This document shows, one piece after another, positions 33,837 to 42,034 of a stretch of DNA of 50,210 nt. Below the pieces are notes generated by a model. It saw nothing but the letters and a program-made list of their open reading frames with translations. It was not told the origin of the DNA and searched no databases. The stretch lies in IMG/VR virus record IMGVR_UViG_3300028666_000006; one strand, 5' to 3'. Positions within the stretch are counted from its first letter, which is position 1, and every line of letters starts with the position of its first letter. The stretch comes from a virus. Made by a program: the position numbers and the translations under genes.

Positions 33837-34027
33837 AGCGAGGATCGCTCCAGGAGATCCTCAACAAACTGTCCGACCAGGGCTGGTCCATAACCCTGAA
33901 GAACGGTCACTACCGCTTGCTAAGTCCCAAGGGAGGTATGCCCATCTTCACTGGCAGCACACCGGGCGACAAGCGCGCGGTGCTCAATCTCAGATCCACC
34001 CTACGAAGGAACGGAGCAGACCTGTGA
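33833..34027 (+). CDS. HicA-like (YcfA family) protein
   Basis: 64 aa, ATGA-coupled. Sequence LQEILNKLSDQGWSITLKNGHYRLLSPKGGMPIFTGSTPGDKRAVLNLRSTLRRNG matches the HicA layout. The patch is lower in GC. Confidence 0.65.
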   Translation: MKRGSLQEILNKLSDQGWSITLKNGHYRLLSPKGGMPIFTGSTPGDKRAVLNLRSTLRRNGADL

Positions 34028-34857
34028 GGCGAATCATCACAATCGTCAGCGCCGCGCTGGCGTCGGTGCTCGTCGGTGGCGTTGCGTTCGCGTGTGTCAC
34101 CAACGGGATCACCAGCAGCGCCGAGTGCGGCGTCCAGATCACCTGGACGGCGTATCTCAACAGTGGCGATACACCACTGTGGGGCGTCGCAACAACCACG
34201 AAGCCAAGCGGTGTCCAGCCGGCACCGACGAACACCAGCGGCGTGAAGTTCACGACGACGACGTTCGTTCCCGGCGACCAGAGCGGCTCGATCTGGTACA
34301 TCACTGAGACCGCGACGCAGGGCAACAATCGTGGCACGACGTACTACGCCAGTCAGTACGTCAATCCGTATTCGGCGTGCAATCCAGCGCCAGGCCCGAC
34401 CGTCTCAGTCCCTGTTCCGGGTCCGACGGTGAGCGTTCCTGTGCCTGGTCCGACTGTCACCGTACCGGGGCCGACTACGACAGCAACGGCGACCGTGACC
34501 GCGACGCCGAAGCCAGCGCCGACCGTGACGATCACCGTCACTCCGACGCCGCCACCGACTGTCAACGTTCGCAAGCCGAAGGCATCATTCGAGGGACCGT
34601 GTGGTGACCCGTTCTACCGGGCCAACTTCAACAACGGCCATTCGACTGCCGAGGTGACGTTCATCTTCAGGTACACGTCGTTCTTCGATCACGCGACACA
34701 CCAGCTCGTGCGCCACGTGCTCGCCGGCCGAGTCGTTCACACGCAGTACGTTCACGTGCTCGGCTCAACCCGGATGGAGATTCTGCGCGGTAACGGCCAT
34801 GTGCTAGTTCGCCATCGCGCTGCGAAGCCTGGTGACTACGGCGCCTGTCGCGCCTAG
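34024..34857 (+). CDS. secreted or membrane-anchored protein with Pro/Thr/Val repeats
   Basis: GTGA-coupled GTG34024. N-terminal signal/anchor IITIVSAALASVLVGGVAFAC, a central PGPTVSVPV repeat region, and a His-rich C-terminal domain. Confidence 0.75.
   Translation: MRRIITIVSAALASVLVGGVAFACVTNGITSSAECGVQITWTAYLNSGDTPLWGVATTTKPSGVQPAPTNTSGVKFTTTTFVPGDQSGSIWYITETATQGNNRGTTYYASQYVNPYSACNPAPGPTVSVPVPGPTVSVPVPGPTVTVPGPTTTATATVTATPKPAPTVTITVTPTPPPTVNVRKPKASFEGPCGDPFYRANFNNGHSTAEVTFIFRYTSFFDHATHQLVRHVLAGRVVHTQYVHVLGSTRMEILRGNGHVLVRHRAAKPGDYGACRA
34390..34467 (+). repeat. three tandem ~27-nt in-frame repeats encoding PGPTV(S/T)VP(V)
   Basis: Units 1 and 2 encode identical peptides, but 7 of 9 codons differ synonymously. 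Confidence 0.8.
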
Positions 34858-34866
34858 CCATCAGGA

Positions 34867-34935
34867 GGGGTATAGGCCAACGGTAGGTCGCTCGGGTCGC
34901 TCCCGAAGTCCGAGGTTCGAGTCCTCGGTGCCCCG
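34867..34935 (+). tRNA. tRNA-like element, probably degenerate (no clean anticodon arm)
   Basis: Canonical T-arm CGAGG-TTCGAGT-CCTCG. 7-bp acceptor pairing GGGGTAT / GTGCCCC (two G.U pairs). D-arm GGCC-AACGGTA-GGTC. The anticodon region is irregular and contains a direct repeat, GGTCGCTC twice. Confidence 0.4.
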
Positions 34936-34943
34936 CTAGGACT

Positions 34944-34956
34944 TACAATCGCTTGG
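34944..34956 (+). promoter_or_regulatory. candidate -10 element for a leaderless terminase transcript
   Basis: TACAAT (34944..34949) lies 6 nt upstream of GTG34956. No SD is present. CTAGGACTT abuts it at 34936..34944. Confidence 0.3.
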
Positions 34957-36767
34957 TGACCGTCACCGAGCTGAGTTCGAACCAAGCACAGCCATTCGCT
35001 GCGCTGGCTGACCGCTACAACCCCAAGAGTAACTACGTCTCGCGTCCGATCGCATGGGTAAGAGACCGTACGAAGGGCTTCCTCTGGTCAGCACAGCGCC
35101 AGATCGCGAGGAGCGTAGCCAAGAATCGGTACACGGCCGCGTACAGCGCTCACGACCTCGGCAAGTCCTTTATCGCGGCGAACATCATCACCTGGTGGAT
35201 CGACAGCCATCCTCCCGGTGAAGCGTTCGTCGTCTCGACAGCGCCCACAGCGGCACAGGTCTCGGCGATCATGTGGCGAGAGGTCGGCAAGCTGCACAGC
35301 AAGCACAAGCTGCCCGGTCGGATCAACCGCGCCGGTTACCCGACCTGGTACATCGGTTCGCAGCTCATCGGGTACGGACGTAAGCCGGCTGATTACGAGC
35401 AGAGTGCGTTCCAAGGAATCCACGAGCGCTACGTGCTGGTAGTCATCGACGAGGCGTGCGGTGTGATGTCTGATCTCTTCGACCAGGTCGATGCTCTCGT
35501 CACCAACGAAGACTGTCGAGTGCTCGCTATCGGCAACCCGGACCACCCTGGCTCGCACTTCGCTGAGGTCTGCAAGCCAGGCAGCATCTGGAACGTCATC
35601 CACCTCGACGGACTGCGGTCGCCGAACATGACCAAGGACGCCATCATCGGCGATGACCCGGCGAATCCCAAGTATCCGTTGCTAGCAGCACTGATGCGAC
35701 ACGAGGGTATCCCGTTCAGTGAGGAGAGGGTGCCGCTACGCCTTCGTCCGCTTCTGATCTCCCCGCTCTGGGTCGAGGAGCGCATCCGGTCCTGGTGTGG
35801 CATCCCCGACACTGCGGCGCTCGATCACGCCCCAGACGAACTTGGTGAGATCGTCGCTCGGCGTGCACAGGCAAGCCCGATCTTCACGGCCAAGGTACGT
35901 GGCAACTTCCCGCTGGAGTCCAGTGACGGTGTCATCCCGCTCGGCTGGGTCCAGCGAGCTGTCGAGCGATGGCACGATGCCATGGATGGTCAAGGCGACC
36001 TGACCACCTGGCAGCGCGCAGACGGTACCGGTCGGAAGGTCGTCGGGGTCGACGTTGCCTACGGTGGCGAGGACGAGACGATCGTGGCAGTGCGCTACGC
36101 CAACATCATCGAGCCGCTGCACGCCTATCGGGTGGCGGACACCATGGAGATCGCCGACAACGTCGCCCCGTTCCTTCAGGAGCCGAAGTCACTAGCGGTC
36201 GTAGACGGCATCGGCGTCGGTGCTGGCGTGTACGACGCTCTGCGTCGCTACGCTCGCGACGGCACGATCCAGGGCCGCGCACACGCTTTCATCGCTGGCG
36301 CCCAGAGCCACCGCAGGGATCTGACCGGCCAGTTCCGCTTCCGTAACGACCGCTCGGCCGCTTGGTGGCACATGCGCGAGCTGCTCGATCCAAGCCGCGG
36401 CTCGAACATCTGCTTACCTGATGACGAACGACTGATCCACGAGCTGTCCTGTCTCCAGTACGAGATCCACGCCAACGCGATCATCCAGGTCGAAGGCAAG
36501 GACAAGGCCCGCAAGCGGCTCGGCCGGTCGACTGACCGCGCTGACGCCGTGATCCAGGCGTTCTGGGTCGAGGCGATCCAGCAGACTATCGACCCGCTGG
36601 AGTGGGGAGACATGAGCGGGGAGGGAGCGCAGCCTGTGCGCTATGGTGGGTATGATCCGTTCGGCGACAACGACCTCGCAGCCGCACCAGGATTCGGCGG
36701 TACTGGCAGCGACTTCCGAGGCGCTGGCGGCTTGCGAGGCGACCTGCTAGGAGACCCACGTGGCTAA
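34953..36767 (+). CDS. terminase large subunit
   Basis: 604 aa. Walker A-like SAHDLGKSF, Walker B VLVVIDEA, and a C-terminal RNase-H-like nuclease (VVGVDVAYGGEDETIVAV). The start is TTG34953 or GTG34956. Confidence 0.9.
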   Translation: MVTVTELSSNQAQPFAALADRYNPKSNYVSRPIAWVRDRTKGFLWSAQRQIARSVAKNRYTAAYSAHDLGKSFIAANIITWWIDSHPPGEAFVVSTAPTAAQVSAIMWREVGKLHSKHKLPGRINRAGYPTWYIGSQLIGYGRKPADYEQSAFQGIHERYVLVVIDEACGVMSDLFDQVDALVTNEDCRVLAIGNPDHPGSHFAEVCKPGSIWNVIHLDGLRSPNMTKDAIIGDDPANPKYPLLAALMRHEGIPFSEERVPLRLRPLLISPLWVEERIRSWCGIPDTAALDHAPDELGEIVARRAQASPIFTAKVRGNFPLESSDGVIPLGWVQRAVERWHDAMDGQGDLTTWQRADGTGRKVVGVDVAYGGEDETIVAVRYANIIEPLHAYRVADTMEIADNVAPFLQEPKSLAVVDGIGVGAGVYDALRRYARDGTIQGRAHAFIAGAQSHRRDLTGQFRFRNDRSAAWWHMRELLDPSRGSNICLPDDERLIHELSCLQYEIHANAIIQVEGKDKARKRLGRSTDRADAVIQAFWVEAIQQTIDPLEWGDMSGEGAQPVRYGGYDPFGDNDLAAAPGFGGTGSDFRGAGGLRGDLLGDPRG

Positions 36768-38322
36768 CGTTCTGAAGCTCGTCAAGGACGACAGCCTCCG
36801 CTTGCCAAACAAGGGCGACTTCGGTAAGGAAGAGGGCTCATCGTTCGGTTGGTTCGATCGCCTGATGTTCGGCTACCGCGACGGGCTGATCTTCGACTAC
36901 GGTGACTGGGAGGCTCGCGACCTCTTTGAAATGATGCAGAAGGACTACAAGGCGCGTCAGCTCGAAAACGTGCTGGTCCTCCCCGTCATGTCCGCCACTC
37001 GCTCGATCGTCCCCGGCACAGGTGACACCAACAACACCATCTGTGACTGGCTGAACAACTACTGGGAAGCCGACCACTTCGCAGGAGGGTCCAAGGACCC
37101 GCTGCACATGATCGTCGACCGCATGACGACCGGCTTCACCTACAAGCGCGCGTACTTCGAGAAGGTCTGGGCCAAGGGCACCGGCCAGTTCGAGGGCAAG
37201 GTCGTGTATGACAAGGTCGCGTGGCGCCCGCAGACAACGTGCCGTCTGATGCGTCACCCGAAGCACGGCGGCTTCGCCGGCTTTGAGCAGGAGGCGTACT
37301 ACGTCGGCCCCGAGATCACGAAGGGTCACTGGCCCATCCAGATCAAGGCGCCGCGAGCCTTCGTCTATATCCACGGCACTCGGCGCGACCCGCTGAACGG
37401 TACCTCCGACATGGAGATCGCCTACTGGGCCTGGAAGACCAAGCAGAAGATCCTCTTCCTCTGGTTTCAGTTCTTGGAGAACGTGTCACTGCCGCGGACG
37501 GTTGTCCAGGCCAACGACATCGCAGTGGCGAGCCAGGTGGCGCGTCAGATCGCGAAGCTGAAGAGCAGCGGCGTCATCCCTGTCGCCGTACCCAACGGTG
37601 TCGACTCTGTCGGCATCACACAGCTCGATGTCAGCGGTAAGGGTGCCGATCAGTTCATGCAGGCGATCCAGTGGCTCGACAACGCTGGTACCTCTGCTTG
37701 CCTCGCTGGCTTCCTGAACCTCACCGACTCAGCGGCGGCGGGAACTGGTTCGTACGCACTGTCGTCGGACGCCAGCGACTTCTTCCTCCAGATGGAGGAG
37801 GCAAAGACCCGCGAGATCGAGTACAGCGTCCGTAACGACCTGTTCGCTCCATTGGTGCGCGCCAACTTCGGCAAGACGGCGCCCGTGCCGTACTACAAGT
37901 TCGAGCCGCTCAACGACATCGACAAGCAGATCAGCGTCGACCTGCTGGAGAAGATGGTGATGGCCCGGAGCGCGAGCGCTCTGATCCCTGACACCTTCAT
38001 CGGCCAGCTTGCGGCTCTCGTCGGCAACTACATCGGTCTCGACGGTGCACAGGTCGAGAAGGACTTCGAGGCGGCGGCGGCCAAGGCTCAGGCAGCGGCG
38101 GCACAGGCTAGTGCTGCTGGTGCCAGTCCGGTCGGGCAGGGTACGGCGGCGATCGCTGGCGCCACTCAGGCGGCGGCGTCGGCGTTGCAGACAGGCAAGC
38201 TCGCGAAGCCTGCGACGAAGGGCTCGATTCCGCCGGCCGCACCCGCACCTGCTCCGGTTGTGGCGCCCGCGCCCGCGCCTCCGTCAGCCAAGTCACTCGT
38301 CGGTGCTCCGGTGCTCGCATGA
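36760..38322 (+). CDS. portal protein (Mu gp29 / DUF935-like)
   Basis: 520 aa, lying between the terminase and the MuF-like gene. The C-terminus is Ala/Pro-rich. Confidence 0.85.
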   Translation: MANVLKLVKDDSLRLPNKGDFGKEEGSSFGWFDRLMFGYRDGLIFDYGDWEARDLFEMMQKDYKARQLENVLVLPVMSATRSIVPGTGDTNNTICDWLNNYWEADHFAGGSKDPLHMIVDRMTTGFTYKRAYFEKVWAKGTGQFEGKVVYDKVAWRPQTTCRLMRHPKHGGFAGFEQEAYYVGPEITKGHWPIQIKAPRAFVYIHGTRRDPLNGTSDMEIAYWAWKTKQKILFLWFQFLENVSLPRTVVQANDIAVASQVARQIAKLKSSGVIPVAVPNGVDSVGITQLDVSGKGADQFMQAIQWLDNAGTSACLAGFLNLTDSAAAGTGSYALSSDASDFFLQMEEAKTREIEYSVRNDLFAPLVRANFGKTAPVPYYKFEPLNDIDKQISVDLLEKMVMARSASALIPDTFIGQLAALVGNYIGLDGAQVEKDFEAAAAKAQAAAAQASAAGASPVGQGTAAIAGATQAAASALQTGKLAKPATKGSIPPAAPAPAPVVAPAPAPPSAKSLVGAPVLA

Positions 38323-38531
38323 GCATCAAGGTCACGATCGAGGATTCAGCCAACGGCAAGGTCGAGGTAGCCGTCTCCTCGGCGTACAACCCGGACATTC
38401 TCGATGACCTTCGCAAGCGCGCCAACCAGGCGTACCGCTCGATGCTGAAGGACCAGGTGGCGGCTGGCTACGCCACAGAAGATGAGGATGCCGAGGATGC
38501 AGATGCGCTCGCAACAGAGGACGGCGAGTGA
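38319..38531 (+). CDS. small acidic hypothetical protein
   Basis: 70-aa ORF, ATGA-coupled. Confidence 0.6.
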   Translation: MSIKVTIEDSANGKVEVAVSSAYNPDILDDLRKRANQAYRSMLKDQVAAGYATEDEDAEDADALATEDGE

Positions 38532-39265
38532 CTCGCGTCGGCTTCCATGAGATCGACCTGGCTGGCCCTGTTGCCACCGAGTCACAAGGGCCGCAGACGA
38601 CGCCAATCCAGGCGACTCACACGGTCAAGCCACCCCCGCAGGACAACCATAAGATCCGAGACATCGCGCTGCTGCTACTGACAGCGGCGACGACAGTCGG
38701 TCTGGCGTCAGCACTCTCATCACTCTTTCCGAAGATCTCGATGCCGAACCTGTTGGCAGTCGCTGGGCTGGCACGCGAGAGTGCCCACGCACCAGCCGCA
38801 GAAGGCGCTGGACCGGCAGAAGCGGCGGCGGCGCAGCAAGAGCTGATGATGCGCGCTGCGTACGTCCTGGCGGCGGCTGAGAGGCTGGAGAAGGCCGAGA
38901 AGGAAGGCAAGCCGCACCGGGCGGCGCTGAGCCAGGAGAGCCTGCTCTACGAGCGCCACCGTGCTGCTCAGGCTGGCCGCATGAAGGCGGCACTCGACGT
39001 TGACAAGGCCGTCCAGTTCTTCGGTGACGTGCTCGGCTGGTACCTCGATCCATTACTGAACAACGAGATCGAGTGCATCAAGGCCAACGGCCACAACTTC
39101 CGCGCGAGCCAGGGCACCGTCCTCGGCTGGCCCGGTGCGGTTCACCCCAACTGCGGCTGTACGGCTGGTCCGCCGATCCCTGGCGCTGGCTGGGTCAATG
39201 ACGCCGTGAAGCCGATTCTGCTGGACACGTCAGGTCGTAGGTTGTATCCTCGCAAGACCGCTTGA
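38528..39265 (+). CDS. MuF-like (SPP1 gp7 family) head morphogenesis protein
   Basis: C-terminal signature ...GWPGAVHPNCGCTAGP (the HPNC-x-C motif of the Mu F family). Its position is after the portal gene. Confidence 0.8.
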   Translation: MTRVGFHEIDLAGPVATESQGPQTTPIQATHTVKPPPQDNHKIRDIALLLLTAATTVGLASALSSLFPKISMPNLLAVAGLARESAHAPAAEGAGPAEAAAAQQELMMRAAYVLAAAERLEKAEKEGKPHRAALSQESLLYERHRAAQAGRMKAALDVDKAVQFFGDVLGWYLDPLLNNEIECIKANGHNFRASQGTVLGWPGAVHPNCGCTAGPPIPGAGWVNDAVKPILLDTSGRRLYPRKTA

Positions 39266-39292
39266 CATCGCCGTCTCTAGGGAGATTCCTCC

Positions 39293-39562
39293 ATGGCTCG
39301 ACCACCGCTGCACTCCGTCGGGAACTACACCGATGACCCCGAGCTCGTCGAACTTCTCGCCGCCCCACCGAAGCAACTCTGTCCTGTCGGTATGATGCTG
39401 AAGGACCATCCGAACTCGGCCGAGATCCGGGCCGCGATCGACAATCCGAAGTGGAGCGCGGCGCAACTTTCGCCCGTACTCTCAAGGAAGGTCTCTCGCG
39501 TTAGTAGCGATGCAATCAACAAGCATCGCAGCGAGCTGTGTAACTGCTACCGGGAGGACTAG
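39293..39562 (+). CDS. hypothetical protein (possible HTH)
   Basis: 89-aa ORF with a GGGAG SD. The segment WSAAQLSPVLSRKVSRVSSDAINKHR is HTH-like. Confidence 0.6.
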   Translation: MARPPLHSVGNYTDDPELVELLAAPPKQLCPVGMMLKDHPNSAEIRAAIDNPKWSAAQLSPVLSRKVSRVSSDAINKHRSELCNCYRED

Positions 39563-39564
39563 GC

Positions 39565-40620
39565 ATGGAGTCGTTGCGCTTGGACGATGACCTTGATCGC
39601 CAGCAGATGCGCCAGGCCATGCGGCTGATGGCGCAGCAACTCGCCAAGGCCAAGGACAAGAAGGCAACGCTCGCCGAGGCAGCGTACGAAGGCGCTCTGG
39701 CAGCGGCGTCAGCGTTCGGGCCGCCCGAGAAGATCGTCCGCCCGCGGCGCAGCACCAAGAAGGGCAAGCCTGAACACAGCCTGTGGCACCTCACCGATTG
39801 GCAAGGCTCGAAGCTGACCACCTCGTACAACTCCGAGGTGATGACGGCTCGCGTCAAGCTCTTCTTGTCGAAGGCACACCGGATCACCGAGATCCAGCGC
39901 GCTGACCACCCTGTCGACGCTGTGACGATCGCTCTCGGCGGTGACATGATCGAGGGTCTGTTCAACTTCCCGACGCAACCGTACGAGATCGACAAGGAGC
40001 TCTTCGACCAGTACGTCTACGTGGCGCGGCTGATCGAGCACGTCGTGCGCTTCGCGGCGGCCGAGTACCACGACGTCACAGTCATCGGTGAGTGGGGCAA
40101 CCACGGCCGGCTCGGCTCGAAGCGCGATGCAGTACCGAAGAGCGACAACGCCGACCGGATGACGTACAAGCTGGCGTCGGCGTTCTGCGCAGACCTCGGT
40201 CACGTCACCTGGTCGGACACGTCCGAGGATATCCAGCGCATCGAGATCGGTAACTACCGCGCGCTGCTGATCCACGGCGACGAGATCGGCCGAGGCGGCT
40301 TCGCGTCGCCCATGACGATCGTCAACCACTGCAACCGCTGGCGTTCTGGTGCGTACAACTGGCCCTTCCGCGACGTCTACGTCGGCCACTATCACAACCA
40401 CGCCGAGTGGGCCATGGCGAACGGAATCGGCGCGGTCTACCAGACTGGCTCGACCGAAAGTGACAACCGTTACGCCCGAGACGGCATGGCGGCGGCGGCT
40501 CTTCCGAGTCAGCGACTGCACTTTATCGAGCCCGAGTCCGGCCACGTCGCGAGCCAGTACAAGATCTTCCTGGCGAAGCCCGAAGAGATCGGACTGGAGA
40601 AGGAGCAGTACGTTGTCTGA
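39565..40620 (+). CDS. calcineurin-like metallophosphoesterase
   Basis: Motifs LGGDMIEG, GEWGNHGR, LIHGDE and VGHYHNH occur in canonical order. Confidence 0.8.
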   Translation: MESLRLDDDLDRQQMRQAMRLMAQQLAKAKDKKATLAEAAYEGALAAASAFGPPEKIVRPRRSTKKGKPEHSLWHLTDWQGSKLTTSYNSEVMTARVKLFLSKAHRITEIQRADHPVDAVTIALGGDMIEGLFNFPTQPYEIDKELFDQYVYVARLIEHVVRFAAAEYHDVTVIGEWGNHGRLGSKRDAVPKSDNADRMTYKLASAFCADLGHVTWSDTSEDIQRIEIGNYRALLIHGDEIGRGGFASPMTIVNHCNRWRSGAYNWPFRDVYVGHYHNHAEWAMANGIGAVYQTGSTESDNRYARDGMAAAALPSQRLHFIEPESGHVASQYKIFLAKPEEIGLEKEQYVV

Positions 40621-40909
40621 CGATGCCGTCAACCATCCTCAGCACTACGCAGGGCACCCGAGTGGTGTCGAGTGCATCGCCGTCGTCGAGCACATGAACT
40701 TCAACCTCGGCAACGCCGTCAAGTACATCTGGCGCTGCGACCTGAAGTCCGACGCGATCGAGGATCTTCGCAAGGCCGTCTGGTACATCAACCGCGAGAT
40801 CGAGAAGAGGACCAAGGATGCCGCGCAAGCAGAAGCAGCAGAAGCCCGTCGCCAGTACGAGCGCAACCGAGTACCAGGATCTCACGTCGATCACGACTTC
40901 TCCGACTGA
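40613..40909 (+). CDS. DUF3310-family protein
   Basis: TTG40613 follows GAGAAGGAG. Sequence NHPQHY...ECIAVVEHMNFNLGNAVKYIWRCDLK...DLRKAVWYI. Confidence 0.75.
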   Translation: MSDDAVNHPQHYAGHPSGVECIAVVEHMNFNLGNAVKYIWRCDLKSDAIEDLRKAVWYINREIEKRTKDAAQAEAAEARRQYERNRVPGSHVDHDFSD

Positions 40910-41726
40910 CCGCACTGGTTGCCCGAAGACAATCGCTGGCATCAGGAAGGTTTATCTCGCCGGCCCGATGCGCGGTCTGCCCGACTTCAACTTCCCGGCG
41001 TTCGACGCAGGAGCGGCGAAGCTCCGCGCTGCTGGCTACCACGTCTTCTCGCCCGCCGAGCGTGACCGGATGGTCTACGGCAACGGCTTCGAGAAGTCCG
41101 ATACCGGTAATGAGTACGAAGTCGCCGAACGTGAGGGCTTCAGTGTGCGCGAGGCGCTGGCTGACGACACACAGTGGATCGCCAAGTACGCCGATGCTGT
41201 CGTCGTGCTGGACGGCTGGCGTGACTCCAGTGGTGCTCTCGCTGAGACGGCTCTTGCCACAGCGATCCACATTCCGATCCTCAGTCTCGACGAGGCACTG
41301 CATGGTTGTGACTGCCTGACAGCCGACTGCTGCGCCGAAGACGTGTTCGTCGAGGAGAAGGCCGAGCCGGTCGCCCAGATCATCCACGGTGAGTGGATCT
41401 CGAAGTCAGTCACGGGTGGACTCAAGGGCGTCAAGCTCGCTCGGCACGACCTGATCCCGGCCGAGGCACTGACCGCGCTGGCCGAGCATTACGGGCGTAC
41501 GGCAGAGAAGTACCCACCGAACAACTGGCGCCAGGGCTTCGAGTGGAGCAAGTCGTACGCTGCTCTTCAGCGGCACGCGATCGCCTGGTGGAACGGCGAG
41601 AACTTCGACACCGAGCTCGGCTCGTCACACCTGGCGGCTGTCATGTGGCACTGTGCAACGCTGCTGACGTTCTTCACCGAGCACCCGGAGTTCGATGACC
41701 GTCCGACCGCAGGCTACCTCGACTGA
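40818..41726 (+). CDS. fusion protein: DUF4406 (nucleoside deoxyribosyltransferase-like) plus dATP/dGTP pyrophosphohydrolase-like (DUF5664) domain
   Basis: N-terminal domain VYLAGPMRGLPDFNFPAF...VVVLDGWRDSSGALAE. C-terminal domain HDLIPAEALTALAEHYGRTAEKYPPNNWRQG...LQRHAIAWWNGE...SHLAAVMWHCATLL. ATG40818 is the only in-frame start that keeps the first motif, and it gives a 92-nt overlap with the upstream gene. Confidence 0.75.
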   Translation: MPRKQKQQKPVASTSATEYQDLTSITTSPTDRTGCPKTIAGIRKVYLAGPMRGLPDFNFPAFDAGAAKLRAAGYHVFSPAERDRMVYGNGFEKSDTGNEYEVAEREGFSVREALADDTQWIAKYADAVVVLDGWRDSSGALAETALATAIHIPILSLDEALHGCDCLTADCCAEDVFVEEKAEPVAQIIHGEWISKSVTGGLKGVKLARHDLIPAEALTALAEHYGRTAEKYPPNNWRQGFEWSKSYAALQRHAIAWWNGENFDTELGSSHLAAVMWHCATLLTFFTEHPEFDDRPTAGYLD

Positions 41727-41762
41727 GGTACGCTAGCCGGACAGAGACCTAGGAGTTCGATC

Positions 41763-42032
41763 ATGGCCCGTACCAAGCCCATGCACCTCGATGGTGTTTC
41801 CATCGCCAAGGCGATCGACAACGGCCCTGGTGGCGGACCCGTCGATCCGCAGGCAGAGCCAGCACATCTGACCGACTCGACGACTGGCACGCCTGGTTCG
41901 ACTCTGGTGGCTGTTCGATCTGACACGGCGGCGCACACAGCGGCCGACGCGAACGAGAACTTCGCGTCGCTCAACGCGCACATCAATGCTCTTCAGGCGT
42001 TGCTTGTCTCTGCCGGCGTTCTGACGTCGTAG
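41763..42032 (+). CDS. hypothetical protein
   Basis: 89-aa ORF with an AGGAG SD. Confidence 0.65.
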   Translation: MARTKPMHLDGVSIAKAIDNGPGGGPVDPQAEPAHLTDSTTGTPGSTLVAVRSDTAAHTAADANENFASLNAHINALQALLVSAGVLTS

Positions 42033-42034
42033 CC

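Noticed and set aside
34024-34857. The gene downstream of the HicA-like ORF as its HicB antitoxin.
   Set aside because: The product has a signal/anchor sequence and Pro/Thr repeats. It has neither the RNase-H-like fold signature nor the HTH/RHH tail of HicB.
34867-34935. The tRNA-like element as an attP core, implying a temperate lifestyle.
   Set aside because: I recognised no tyrosine or serine recombinase, excisionase or CI-like repressor anywhere in the 50 kb. The element spans a whole tRNA-like unit rather than only a 3' half.
40818-41726. The MazZ-like pyrophosphohydrolase domain as evidence for a 2-aminoadenine (Z-base) genome.
   Set aside because: I saw no PurZ-like adenylosuccinate synthetase homologue and no DatZ-like dATPase. 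The domain alone is not diagnostic.
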